Source: Longimicrobiales bacterium (GTDB lineage: Bacteria > Gemmatimonadota > Gemmatimonadetes > Longimicrobiales > Gaopeijiaceae). From it: a DNA stretch of 64,000 nt. The translations under genes were made by a program, and so were the position numbers. The notes under the pieces are model-generated. The model had not been told where the DNA came from. It ran no database searches and saw only the letters and a list, made by a program, of their open reading frames with translations. Location of the stretch: assembly GCA_965238005.1 (NCBI GenBank), contig OZ250165.1, forward strand, positions 3,136,001 to 3,200,000, read 5' to 3'. This document shows positions 10,165-20,578 of the stretch, piece by piece; positions within the stretch are counted from its first letter, which is position 1, and each line of letters starts with the position of its first letter.

Positions 10165-11574
10165 TCAGGCCTTCGCCGGCTCCATCTCGACCTCGATGTG
10201 CTTCCACTTCTCGCGCTTGAAGACGAACGCGCTGAGCGCGGCACGGGTGAAGTGGCCCAGCACGATGGCCAGCCAGATGTCGCTCGCGTTCAACGTCGAG
10301 AGCGTTTGGATCGTGAAGCACATCCCCAGGGGGATCACGATCTGCGAGACGATGGAGATGTAGAGCGGGCTCTTGGTGTCGCCGGTGCCCTGAAGCCCGC
10401 CAGTAATCGCGAGCGCGACCGTGATGAAGAGCCCGGAGACGGCGAGGTAGCGGAGGAGCTGGACCCCCAGATCCACGACCACGGGGTCGTCCATCCCGAA
10501 GACTCCCAGGAGGTGCGTCGGGATCAGGAGGAATGTCGAGCCGATGGCGGCAGCGAGCATCAGACCGAAACCAGCCGCTACGTGCACCGCCTTGCTCGTC
10601 CGGTCGGGGCGCCCGGCACCTAGATTCTGGCCGGCTACCGCGGCCGTGGCCCCCATGATGCCCACTGCCGTCCAGGTGATGAACGAGAAGAGCTGCGTGT
10701 AGCTCACCACGTAGGCCGCCTGCGCCTGTGCGCTCATCGCCAGCGACCCGATGAACGCCAGGAGCACGACCCCGCCCACGTTCATGGCGACTCCCTGGAT
10801 GCCGGTGGGCAAGCCGAAGCGGAAGAGCTGGCGAATGATGGGCCAATCGGGCCGCAGGCTCATGCCGCGATGGAAGGCCACCACCCATTTGCCTGAGAAG
10901 AGCCGGCTCAACGCATACAGGCTGATCACGCCGCCGGCGATGACGGTGCCCATGGCTGCCCCCGTCGTTCCGAACGCGGGAATGGGACCCAGGCCACGGA
11001 TCAGAATCACGTTGAGTACGATGTTAAGGACGGTGAGCACGATCCCCAGCCGAAGCGGCGTCTGGGCGTCACCCGCGGACCGGAGCGCTCCACCCAGCAT
11101 GAAGAACATCAGCGTCCCGAAGGAGAAGACGAACAGGATCCGCAGGTACGGGAGCGCCTCCAACTGCACTTCCGGCGCGGCGTTCACCAGCCCCAGGAGC
11201 GAGGGTGCCGCGACGTACCCGATGGGCGCAAGGATGACCAACACGAGCAGTACGGAGGTCAGGAACGCCTGATAGACGGTCCGGTTCACCTTGTCCGGCT
11301 CGTTCGCCCCCGCGAAGCGGGCCACGAGCACGCCCATCCCCGTGAAGAGCGAGCTGATGAAGACCATCACGACGAGGAAGATCTGCCACGACACGCCGAT
11401 GGCGGCATTCCCGATGTAGCCGACGTAGTGGCCCACCATGGTGTGATCGACGATGCCCTGGACGCCACCGATGATGTTCTGGAGCATCGTGGGCCAGGCG
11501 AGCTTCCACACCGCGCCGCGGATCGGCCCCTCCACGATGGACCGATCGAAAGCCTTGGTCGCCTGTGTGCTCAA
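10165..11574 (-). CDS. MATE family efflux transporter
   Basis: LAWPTML...DHTMVG, GALRSAGDAQTPL, NIVLNVILI; many TM segments. Confidence 0.93.
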   Translation of the reverse strand: MSTQATKAFDRSIVEGPIRGAVWKLAWPTMLQNIIGGVQGIVDHTMVGHYVGYIGNAAIGVSWQIFLVVMVFISSLFTGMGVLVARFAGANEPDKVNRTVYQAFLTSVLLVLVILAPIGYVAAPSLLGLVNAAPEVQLEALPYLRILFVFSFGTLMFFMLGGALRSAGDAQTPLRLGIVLTVLNIVLNVILIRGLGPIPAFGTTGAAMGTVIAGGVISLYALSRLFSGKWVVAFHRGMSLRPDWPIIRQLFRFGLPTGIQGVAMNVGGVVLLAFIGSLAMSAQAQAAYVVSYTQLFSFITWTAVGIMGATAAVAGQNLGAGRPDRTSKAVHVAAGFGLMLAAAIGSTFLLIPTHLLGVFGMDDPVVVDLGVQLLRYLAVSGLFITVALAITGGLQGTGDTKSPLYISIVSQIVIPLGMCFTIQTLSTLNASDIWLAIVLGHFTRAALSAFVFKREKWKHIEVEMEPAKA

Positions 11575-11647
11575 ATCACCAGATCAGATGGAGTGTGGTC
11601 CGTGACCGCCGACCTCGGACGGATCGATCGGCACGGTGCTGGTGGCG

Positions 11648-12130
11648 TCAGATCTTGATGAAGATCCGTCTCTCATACAGCCAGTGGCAGAGATAGGTCA
11701 TGACCCGCCAAGTCCAACCCGTATCCGAGTCAGCTTCTCGGACTCGGGACGTTCGCTCATCAGGAGCCTCCCCCGCCAGGACCCCCCAGATCGTGTGCGC
11801 CGCCGTGGGCAGCGCGTTGATGGCCACCCAGCCGCTCGGGTTGATCTTCCCCATGAGCACCGTGTCCATCCAAGCCCCGAAGTTCTGACCCTGGACGAAG
11901 GGCTGGTCGAAGCCCGTCACGGGGAACGTGCGATAGACGATTTCGCTGTGAAGGATGACGCCCAGAAAGAACAGGACCGTACATGGGTAGGCGATGTGCC
12001 GGAAGGTCTGTAGCCAGGACCCTCCCGCGGCCCACCTCCGCGTGAGCGAGAACGCCATGGCCACGCCGATACGAGGCGTCCTTCCGGCGCGCCGGACCTG
12101 GGCAATGGACTCACGGGAGAGGCGACCCTG
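11648..12130 (-). pseudogene. DUF5009/heparan-alpha-glucosaminide N-acetyltransferase-like remnant with internal deletions
   Basis: GVAMAFSL..., GWVAINALPTAAHTIWGVLAG, YLCHWLYERRIFIKI* condensed into under 0.5 kb. Confidence 0.7.
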
Positions 12131-12166
12131 GTGCTGTGTCCCGGGAGGTCAACCATGATGCGGTGC

Positions 12167-13878
12167 TCACCTTCGGTGCACGATCTCCCCGCCCACGATC
12201 GTCATCACGACCTCCGTCTCGAGAATCTCGGGTGCCGGTATCGACAGGATGTCCTTGGAGAGCACCGTGACATCGGCCAGCTTGCCGGGCGTCAGGGATC
12301 CGAGGATGTCTTCTTGGAAGGCGGCATAGGCCGCGTTGATCGTGTAGATCTCGAGCGCCTCCATTCGGCTCAGGGCCTGTTCCGGGTACCAACCGCCCTC
12401 GGGCTGCCCATGCTGGTCCTGACGGGTCACAGCGGCGTGAATCCCCCACAGAGGATTTGTATAGTCCACGGGGAACGAAGGTGTGTCCGAGCTCGCCACC
12501 AGCTTCGCTCCCGATTCCACGAGGGACTTCCAGGCGTAGGCTCCCTTGATGCGCTCCGCACCGACCCGGGCCTCGGCGAATCCCATGTCCATGGTCGCAT
12601 GGATCGGCTGCATCGATGGGATCACGCCGAGCTCGCCGAACCGAGGAATATCGGTGAGGGCAACCACCTGTGCGTGCTCATCCTCGGGCGAGGGTCGGCG
12701 ACGGACAACTCGCGTTGCGCCCTCTCCATGGCGTCCAGGACGACCCGGTTTCCCCGGTCCCCGATAGCGTGGACGGCCACCTGGTAGCCCGCGCTCATGG
12801 CTTTCTGAACAAGCCTGTAAATCTCATCCGGGGAGTTGGGTATGAGACCCACGGCCTCCGGGCTGTCGCTGTAGGGCTCCAGGAGGGCTGCACCTCGGGC
12901 TCCGAGGGCCCCGTCTGCATAGGCCTTGAGGGATCGCATGGTGAGCCGGTGATCCCCCAGACCGATCTCCGGCGGGCGGGAGATGTACTCTTCGAGAACC
13001 GGTCCCGCATCGGGCACCAGGAACATCACGTAGAGGCGGAGCTTCAGCTTCCCCTCGGCCAGGAGCTCCTTGTAGATCTCGATCTCCTCGTAGCCCACCC
13101 CCGCATCGTGGACACCGGTGAGTCCCAGAGCGACCGCCGTTTCGATGGAGAGCTCGATATTGGCCTTCTTGGACGACCGAGTCTCCGCCGGCAGGGCATC
13201 GGCAACCAGGTCGGTGGCGGTCTCCACGAGAATCCCCGTAGGCTCACCTGTTCCCGGATCACGGACGATCTCTCCACCTGGCGGATCGGCCGTGGCCCCT
13301 GTGATTCCCGCCAGCTCCAGAGCCCGGTCATTCACCCAGGCCGCGTGACTCGCCATCCCGACCAGAAAGACGGGATTGTCAGGGGCGACCCGGTTGAGCT
13401 CGGCCTTGCCGGGATACGCCTGCGTGTTCCAGTAGACCGTATGCCAACCCTGACCCGTGATCCAATCGCCGGGGTTCGCCTCCGCCACTTCCCGGGCCAC
13501 CACGGCGATGGCCTCGTCCGGCGAGGCGGTACCGTCCAGGAACAGCGTCTCGGTGCGCTTCCCCAGCCGTGGGAAGTGTAGGTGTGCATCGATGAGGCCC
13601 GGGACGGCCGTCGCACCTCTCAGGTCGATGGACTCGGTGCCGTCTCCCGCCAGCTCCAGTATCTCGAAGTCGCTCCCCGCCGCGAGGATCCGATCTCCAC
13701 GGATGGCAAGGGCTTCGGCGGTGGGCCGATCGGGATCGACTGTCACGATGTGCCCGTTGTGGAGAATCAGATCGGCCGTGCCAGGGGCACCGTCCGGTTC
13801 TCCGCAGGCTGCAAGCATCGCGGCACTCGCCAGGAGGAAGGCGAGGGTGGCGCTGCGAACAGGAATCTTGGGAGACAT
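12167..13878 (-). pseudogene. Amidohydrolase_3 (YtcJ-like) lipoprotein with a 1-nt deletion frameshift near 12680
   Basis: MLAAC lipobox, PGLIDAHLH, DGALGARGAAL, HAIGDRGN. AGG AT GAG CAC GCA CAG restores RIEHAQ if one base is added, joining ORF 12167-12667. Confidence 0.85.
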
Positions 13879-14020
13879 GGGTGACAATATGCAGGGCGGT
13901 GCGGGGCTCCGCGAGTCGGTGACGAAGCGCTCACCCCGCGACTGGAGGACAGCCTGCCCGGTGGGACTCCCACGCTCGCGGCTCGACGCGGGGGTCCGCG
14001 GCGTGTGATAGGGTAGCGCC

Positions 14021-14291
14021 ATGGAGAGCACGGAGAGACAGCAGGGCCACCGGCTCGTGGAGCCCAGCGACGAGCGGGCCGTGGCCGAGGCTCGCGACGT
14101 GGCTCACCGGGAAGCCATCCTGTGCACGTTGGGCGGCTTATCGAAGACCCGACCGTCTGGAGGTCGGCGACCCGGTACCCGGGCTCGAGCTGACGGTGCT
14201 GACCGATCTGGACCCCCCCGGCTCGGACACCGTGGACATCGCGGCAGCGTACGACCGGCCGGTGATACTCATATTCGGCAGCTATACGTGC
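14021..14291 (+). pseudogene. Deiodinase-like/thioredoxin-fold protein N-terminal remnant
   Basis: Removing one G at 14131-14133 gives ...LEVGDPVPGLEL...RPVILIFGSYT-C; the usual PPF continuation is missing. Confidence 0.6.
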
Positions 14292-14457
14292 TGCTCGGGC
14301 CCTAGTTCCCGATGATTGCCCCGTTGCCGGGCGTCCGGCCTCCCGCGAGCCACGTGTCGGGTGACAACGACACGGCCTCGCCGCCCGGGTCGCAAGCGAC
14401 AAAGGCGACGAGGCCGAACTCAGAGAACGGTCTCGACGGTCGTCCGGTCGGGTCCTG

Positions 14458-15780
14458 TCAGTTGCGAGTCCGCGCCTGAACGGCCGGTCCGTTCTCCCAG
14501 TCCTGCACGCTGGAGATGTTGGGCTGGCCCCAGTCCAGGCCGTTCCATCCGCTGAAACCCTCCATCTTGAAGACCCAGAAGCCCGTCTCGATATCGGACA
14601 TGACGATCAGACCATCCGCGTTGCGCACGTCCACGCCCCAGGAGCCGTTCATCGCACCCTGCTCGTCCTCTGCCGTCTCCAGGTACGTGTCGTAGTGGGC
14701 GATCGTCTTCGGGTGCTTCGGGTCCGACAGGGTGAAGACCTGGAGGCCGTCCAGGTAGCCGGACACGAACACGTACGGCCAGCGCACCTCATGGTTGTGC
14801 ACCAGGTGCTCCCAGTCCGCCGTCCACGCCGAGATGGGCCGGTTGATGTTCGCGACCTCGCCGTCGAGACCCGGCTTCAGGTCGAAAATCCGGAGCGGAG
14901 CGTACTGGTACTCGGTCTCCGCGATGACGTAGCGGCCGTCGGCCGAGGGCGTGAAGGTGTGACCGCGCCGCACGCCGTTGATCCCCGTGAGGCTCACCAG
15001 GAGCTCCGGGTTCTCCAGGTCGGTGATGTTGTAGACGTAGTAGCCGCCGGTGCCGCCACCGTAGAAGCGGTCCTGCTCGCTGTCGGAGTGGTAGCCCGTG
15101 TAGAAATCGTGGTAGCCGCGGGAACCCTGAACCGCCTGCGACTCGGGCACGGGCACCTGTGCCACCAGCGCCTCGTCGAGCCGGCCGTCCACCACATAGC
15201 CAAGGTCGTATACGTTGGCGTAAGGGCCCGCCACGGTGGCGAACAGGAGCGGGCGCCCGTTGCTGTGCCGGTAGACGTAGATGTTGTGGAATCCGCCGAT
15301 CTCACCCGGGCCCTGGATGCGACCCACTTCCTTCCAGGTCGACACGTCGGGGAGGTCCGTGGCGTCGAATACGACGGCCCCGAGGTCCGCGTCCGGACCG
15401 CCCTGACGGAACTGGACCGAATGGACCACGTAGTTGCGCCCCTTGTACTCGAAGATCTTGATGTCCTTCCCGGCGGACCCAACGTGCAGGTCCATGTCGT
15501 CGAAGCTCCACCGGAGAATGACCTCCGGGTTGTACGGATCGCTCAGATCGATGATGTCCAGCCCCCGGTTCTGCCGACCGACGTAGGCATAGGGACGGTC
15601 CATGTCCTGCTCGATCTCGATGTCGGACACCTCTAATCCGAGCGGGAGGTGTGCGACCACCTCGATGTTGTCGCTCCCCCGCTTCTCCGCGTCCGACTGC
15701 GCCGCCAGCGTGGTGCTGGTCGCGAGAAGGGTCACGCCGGCCAGGGTCGCGGCAAGCGTTACAGTACGGTGCATTCTCAT
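14458..15780 (-). CDS. Exported LVIVD-repeat-like protein, paralog 2
   Basis: Signal peptide; GGFHNIY, GYHDFY, GHTF, HNHEVRWPYVFVSGY, GWNGLDWGQPNISS. Confidence 0.8.
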   Translation of the reverse strand: MRMHRTVTLAATLAGVTLLATSTTLAAQSDAEKRGSDNIEVVAHLPLGLEVSDIEIEQDMDRPYAYVGRQNRGLDIIDLSDPYNPEVILRWSFDDMDLHVGSAGKDIKIFEYKGRNYVVHSVQFRQGGPDADLGAVVFDATDLPDVSTWKEVGRIQGPGEIGGFHNIYVYRHSNGRPLLFATVAGPYANVYDLGYVVDGRLDEALVAQVPVPESQAVQGSRGYHDFYTGYHSDSEQDRFYGGGTGGYYVYNITDLENPELLVSLTGINGVRRGHTFTPSADGRYVIAETEYQYAPLRIFDLKPGLDGEVANINRPISAWTADWEHLVHNHEVRWPYVFVSGYLDGLQVFTLSDPKHPKTIAHYDTYLETAEDEQGAMNGSWGVDVRNADGLIVMSDIETGFWVFKMEGFSGWNGLDWGQPNISSVQDWENGPAVQARTRN

Positions 15781-15908
15781 GTTTCACCTCGGTCGATTCG
15801 ATTCTCGGCGGAAGCGTATCCATCGCGCGGCAACACCCGCCGATCACTCCGGAGACTGAAGTCTAGGCCGTCGTGCGGAAACGTCAACGGCGGCCGCCGT
15901 GTACGGGC

Positions 15909-17258
15909 CTACTTCCTCGTCACAGCCTGCACCGCGGGCCCGTTCTCGAAGTCCTGTGCGCTCGAGAGGTTCGGCATCCCCCAGTCCAATCCATTCCAGC
16001 CGTTGAAGCCCTCCATGTGGAAGAGCCAGAGGCCCGTCGACATGTCGGAGATCAGGATGAGGCCGTCGGCGTTGCGCACATCCACACCCCAAGCACCGTG
16101 CGTGATGTTGACGCCCTCTTCGAGCCCGATGTTCGTGTCGTAGTGGGCCACGGTCCTCGGCTTCTTGGGATCCTGGAGGCTGAACACCTGGAGGCCGTCC
16201 CGGTATCCGGACACGAACACCAGCGGCCACCGGACCTCGTGGTTGTGGACCAGGTTCTCCCAGTTGGCCGTCCACGCTGAGATGGGCTGGCGGATGTTGG
16301 TGACCTCACCGTCCAGGCCGGGCTTCAGGTCGAAGATGCGGAGCGGCGCGTACTGGTACTCGGTCTCCGCCACCACGTAGCGGCCGTCGGGTGACGGCGT
16401 GAAGGTGTGACCGCTGCGGACACCGCTGATTCCCGTGAGGCTCACCAGAAGCTCGGGGTTCTCCAGGTCCGTCACGTTGTAGACGTAGTAGCCACCGGTG
16501 CCGCCGCCGTAGAAGCGGTCCTGCTCGCTGTCGGCGTGGTATCCCGTGTAGAAGTCGTGATAGCCACGGCCTCCCCGGGTTCGACTCGACTCCGGAACCG
16601 GGACGTTGGCCACCAAGGCCTCGCCCACCCGTCCCTCCACCACATAGCCCAGGTCGTAGATGTTGGCGTGGGGGGCCGCCACCGTGGCGAAGAGGAGCAC
16701 CCGACCGTTGGAGTGCTTGTAGACGTAGATGTTGTGGAAGCCTCCCCTCTCGACGGATCCCTGGATCCGGGCCACCTCTGTGAGCGTCTCGGGAAGATCG
16801 GTGGCGTCGAAGATGATGGCTCCCAGATCCCCATCCGGCCCGCCCTGGCCGAACTGGGTCGACAGGACCACATAGTGCCTACGGTCCCAGCTGAAGGTCT
16901 TGATGTCCTTGCCGCCGCCACCCACGTGTAGATCCGGGTTCTCGATGCGCCAGCGGTGGATGACCTTGGGCCACTCCGGGTCGCTGATGTCGACGACGTC
17001 CATACCCCGGGCCACCAGAGTCTCCGCGGGTCTACCGCTCGCCAGCTGCCGGCCGACATACGCGTATGGCCGGGACATGTCCTGCTCGACCTCCACATCG
17101 GAGATGGTCCGAAACTCCCCCAGGGGCAGGTGGGCGACGACGGTAAGGTTGTCGCTGCCCCGCGTCTCCGCGTTCTCCTGGGCGAGGGCCGAGCGGGCCG
17201 GTAGGAACGCCGCGCCCATCAGGGCCAGCGCCATTGTAAGGGCATCGTGCGTTTTCAT
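15909..17258 (-). CDS. Exported LVIVD-repeat-like protein, paralog 3 (tandem with paralog 2)
   Basis: Long stretches identical to paralog 2 (SEQDRFYGGGTGGYYVYN, AETEYQYAPLRIFDLKPGLDGEV); RBS before MKTHDA. Confidence 0.8.
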   Translation of the reverse strand: MKTHDALTMALALMGAAFLPARSALAQENAETRGSDNLTVVAHLPLGEFRTISDVEVEQDMSRPYAYVGRQLASGRPAETLVARGMDVVDISDPEWPKVIHRWRIENPDLHVGGGGKDIKTFSWDRRHYVVLSTQFGQGGPDGDLGAIIFDATDLPETLTEVARIQGSVERGGFHNIYVYKHSNGRVLLFATVAAPHANIYDLGYVVEGRVGEALVANVPVPESSRTRGGRGYHDFYTGYHADSEQDRFYGGGTGGYYVYNVTDLENPELLVSLTGISGVRSGHTFTPSPDGRYVVAETEYQYAPLRIFDLKPGLDGEVTNIRQPISAWTANWENLVHNHEVRWPLVFVSGYRDGLQVFSLQDPKKPRTVAHYDTNIGLEEGVNITHGAWGVDVRNADGLILISDMSTGLWLFHMEGFNGWNGLDWGMPNLSSAQDFENGPAVQAVTRK

Positions 17259-17495
17259 GTGGGCCACCTCGGTTGGATTCGTCTCCGGGCGGAAGGGTTC
17301 GAATCGGTGCATGGCGATGTGCAGCCGTGGAAGAGTATTGTACGGCCAACCTTTACGACGGAGCAAAGGATCGACGCGAGGGCATGGCCCGGGCGATGAG
17401 CGCTCGGCTGCGCTACTATAGAGTTACGCTACGGTGGACCCAGAGATACGCCCACGTCGGACCCGGAAGTCGATGGCTCCGGCGTTTCTGCCTCG

Positions 17496-18386
17496 ATGGA
17501 GAGGATCATGATGACCAATTCTCCCCGCCGGCTTCTGCTGACGGCACTCGTCGCCGGCATGGCCACCGCTCCCGTTGCTGCCGTGACGGTCGCCACTCCC
17601 GCGGCGGCCCAATCGGTGGCCGACATCTTCGAGCATATGATGGACCGCCAGCGCCAGCGTCTGTCCGGCATCGAGAGCATCCTCATCGAGCAGGAGACGA
17701 TGGGGGTCGTGACGACCCTCTACATGGTAAAGGAGATGGTCGACGGCGAGCCCACGTTGATCCCCCGGATGACGGTCGTGGGCGGGATGAACGTGCCCAT
17801 TCGGGGAGGTACCGCCCCTGACGCCTGGTCCGGGTCGGCCCGCGTCTACCGGCAGTGGGCGGAACGCTTCCGTCTCGACGGCACCGGCGAGGTCAACGGA
17901 CGCGCCGCCTATCGTCTGGCCATCGACGACTTCTCGGGGATCGATCTCGGGGCCCCTCCGGGCCAGGACATGTCCATGTCGCCGCGCAGCGCTGTCTTCT
18001 ATGTGGATCGGTCCGACCTGGTGATGCTTCGGATGGAGATGGAGATGGACGCGACGACCGACACCGGAGAGACCCGGGTCGTGAGGATGGCGTCGACCCT
18101 CGACGACTATCGGGACGTCGACGGCTACCTGCACCCCTTCCACACCTCCATCTCCTGGGAAGGGCTGACGGACCTGGGGGCGGGTGGAATGGACCCAGCC
18201 GAGTTGGAACAGCAGTTCCAGGAGATGGAGAAGCGGCTCGCGGACATGCCGGCGGCTCAGCGTGCCATGATGGAGCGGATGCTGAAGCCCCAGATCGAAC
18301 GCCTGAGGGACATGCTCGGTGGGGCGCCCATGGAGATCATCGTGACCCGGCTCGAGGCCAACGTCGATCCCCCCGGGGGGCCGTGA
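17496..18386 (+). CDS. Exported hypothetical protein (LolA/lipoprotein-sorting-like fold possible)
   Basis: Signal peptide; GTGEVNGRAAY, DDYRDVDGYLHPF; Met-rich helical C-terminus. Confidence 0.65.
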   Translation: MERIMMTNSPRRLLLTALVAGMATAPVAAVTVATPAAAQSVADIFEHMMDRQRQRLSGIESILIEQETMGVVTTLYMVKEMVDGEPTLIPRMTVVGGMNVPIRGGTAPDAWSGSARVYRQWAERFRLDGTGEVNGRAAYRLAIDDFSGIDLGAPPGQDMSMSPRSAVFYVDRSDLVMLRMEMEMDATTDTGETRVVRMASTLDDYRDVDGYLHPFHTSISWEGLTDLGAGGMDPAELEQQFQEMEKRLADMPAAQRAMMERMLKPQIERLRDMLGGAPMEIIVTRLEANVDPPGGP

Positions 18387-18400
18387 CCGCTGAGGCTCCC

Positions 18401-18600
18401 ATGTCGATCTTCGATCCCGCGCGGATCCCGCGCGCGCGCCGACCATTGGTACTACTGATCGTCCTGAGCACCGTACCGCTCGCCGCCCAGGGGGGAGACC
18501 GTACCATCCGGGGCCTGGTGAGCAACTCCCTGGGAAAACCCGCCCCGGAGTGAGCGTAGTCGTGGAAGGGCGCACCGAGGACGTCCAGACCGGCGCCCCG
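18401..18600 (+). pseudogene. Signal peptide plus carboxypeptidase-regulatory-like domain start, frameshifted and truncated
   Basis: PLAAQGGDRTIRGLVSNSLGKPAP / VSVVVEGRTEDVQT. Confidence 0.5.
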
Positions 18601-18644
18601 GCCAACGTGGAGGCCGTGGAGCTCCATCTGAGGGCCTCGACCGC

Positions 18645-19260
18645 CGCGGCCTCGCTCCTGATCTCCTGCGCCGGGGCTGACGCCCCTTCGCGTGGGCACG
18701 ATGGCAGCGCAGAGGGTCACGACGGCCCCATCGCGCTCTTCGACGGGCGCGTGATTCCGGCCATGCCCCAGCTCCTGGGGATGCGGGCCCAATACGAGCT
18801 CCGCCGGCGAGGACGGGCTCACGAGCTACTCCGACTACTGGCGGCCCACGGACGACTACCGCCGGTTCTTCGAGCCGCTGCCCGCCGCCCGGAACGCCAG
18901 AGGAATCCAGGACACCCGCACCGGCTTGCGGGCCCTCTGGGAGATGTACGACCCCGAGACCATCGGGCTCAACATGGGCGGCAACCGGACTTCCTCCCGA
19001 GCCTCTACTCCCACCCCATCGGGTACCACGGGCACGCCCTGGGCCCGTCGATCAACGCCCGCAACATGGACCTGTCTTCTCCCCCGAGCCGGGAGTCCTA
19101 CCTCCGTGACGGCGCGTACCGCTCTATCGAGTTCAGCGCGACCACCGCGATTCCAGAGTATGGGGGAGGAACGGTGACGATCCCCATGGAGGCCGACGGC
19201 TACCTGACGTCCGAGGGCTACCAATACTTCCGGCCTATCAGATTGAGTGGTACGTGGTGC
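18645..19260 (+). pseudogene. Xaa-Pro aminopeptidase (M24)-like remnant with internal deletions
   Basis: Pieces in different frames: MPQLLGMRAQYELR; YDPETIGLNMGGNR; LYSHPIGYHGHALGPSI...SIEFSATTAIPEY. Confidence 0.7.
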
Positions 19261-19341
19261 GGTAAGGAGCGCGTAGGCGCCACGCCGCGACCGCTACGTC
19301 GCGCGCGCGACCGCCACGCCGCTCCAGCGACCGCCACCCCC

Positions 19342-19369
19342 GTCACAAATTCCCCCCCTCATGCGTTCT
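19342..19369 (+). promoter_or_regulatory. Putative ECF promoter GTCACAAA-N12-TGCGTTCT (copy 3)
   Basis: Same -35 octamer and same CGTT position as copies 1 and 2; about 108 bp upstream of the ATG at 19477. Confidence 0.6.
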
Positions 19370-19476
19370 GTCTATTATGGGTGGTCGGCATCCGGGGAGC
19401 TCTCGAGTGCCCCCGCGACCTTCTGCGGTGCAGAAAACTGCTGGATTCAGACCAGAACGACGCAGGAGATAGTTAG

Positions 19477-19986
19477 ATGGGCATGAACGGAGATTCACTC
19501 GTGTCTCGTTGGGTGACGACAGGCGGGATGCTCCTGGCCACCGCCACCCTCGCGGCGTGCGAAGCGAGCGTGAGCGGGCTCGATCTTCGGGATCCTCTGG
19601 TCGGTGGGGTCACCTACCGCGTGACGAGCTTCGCCATTGCCGAGTCCTTCCCCGTCCAGATCGGGGTGACAGTGGAGATCGAGAACGAGTCGACCACGTC
19701 GCAGTCGGTGACCTTCCCCGACGGGTGCGTGGTGTTGATGAGGGCTTACCTCGCGGGTACTAGCGAGCCGGTGTGGGACATGAGCGGTGCCGTATTCTGC
19801 ACCCTGGCGCTGGTCCAGGTCGACCTCGCCCCCGACGAGAGCAAAGAGTTCCAGACCGGACTCGTGAGCGCTCAAACGATCCTAGGGGACAGCCTCCCGA
19901 ACGGGGAGTACCGGATCACTGCGTACCTGCGTCCCGGACAGATCGTAGAGCTCGATGCGGGAATGGCGGATCTAGCAGTTCCGTAG
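19477..19986 (+). CDS. Lipoprotein with BsuPI-like (proteinase-inhibitor, Ig-like) domain
   Basis: LAAC lipobox; VEIENESTTSQSVTFP, PVWD...FCTLALVQVDLAPDE, LPNGEYRITA. Confidence 0.7.
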   Translation: MGMNGDSLVSRWVTTGGMLLATATLAACEASVSGLDLRDPLVGGVTYRVTSFAIAESFPVQIGVTVEIENESTTSQSVTFPDGCVVLMRAYLAGTSEPVWDMSGAVFCTLALVQVDLAPDESKEFQTGLVSAQTILGDSLPNGEYRITAYLRPGQIVELDAGMADLAVP

Positions 19987-20050
19987 AGAACGGCTGGACC
20001 CCAACCCCATCGCACGACGTTTCCGCGGAAGCGTGTGCCGAAGGCCGAGG

Positions 20051-20455
20051 CTAGGAAAGCGAGAGCCGCTCCACGTCCGGCACGCGGTCGAACCCCTGAT
20101 CGAAGGTGGCGATGAGCTCGACGTCGCGGTTAAGCATGACCGCCGCGTGGACCGCATCTCGGGCCGAGATACCGTCGATGTCCATCAGGAGTGTCAGAGC
20201 CCGATCGGTGTCGGCGAGGGTGACATCGAAGATCACGGGGCAGATCTGGACGAAGAGCCCATAGGCCTCGCGGGCCAGATCTCGTCGATCAATGGCCGAG
20301 TAGCGGTAGAGGAGCTCCTGAAGGGCCGCAGTACTCGTGCACCCCTCGACCTCCCCGTCCTGGACTCGTTGCAGGAAGCGGCGGGCAGGCTCTTTGTTGG
20401 GATGATCGGCCCCGGCCACGTACATGGGGATGTTGGAGTCGATAAAGACCCTCAT
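20051..20455 (-). CDS. vapC: VapC/PIN-domain toxin
   Basis: VFIDSNIPMY, QELLYRY, ARDAVHAAVM, IATFDQGF. Confidence 0.9.
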   Translation of the reverse strand: MRVFIDSNIPMYVAGADHPNKEPARRFLQRVQDGEVEGCTSTAALQELLYRYSAIDRRDLAREAYGLFVQICPVIFDVTLADTDRALTLLMDIDGISARDAVHAAVMLNRDVELIATFDQGFDRVPDVERLSLS

Positions 20456-20545
20456 GACCGGCCGACGTCGATCTCGTCGAGGATTACGTCGATGTCCCCG
20501 GTTGGGCCGTTCAAGCACCCGAGTCGGCCCAGGGGATCGGCAACC
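20452..20545 (-). pseudogene. C-terminal remnant of the antitoxin gene coupled to vapC
   Basis: DPLGRLGCLNGPTGDIDVILDEIDVGRS* overlapping the vapC start; no recognisable N-terminus. Confidence 0.55.
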
Positions 20546-20578
20546 GGCCCCTCAGGCCCACCTTCCAAGGCGGATTCG

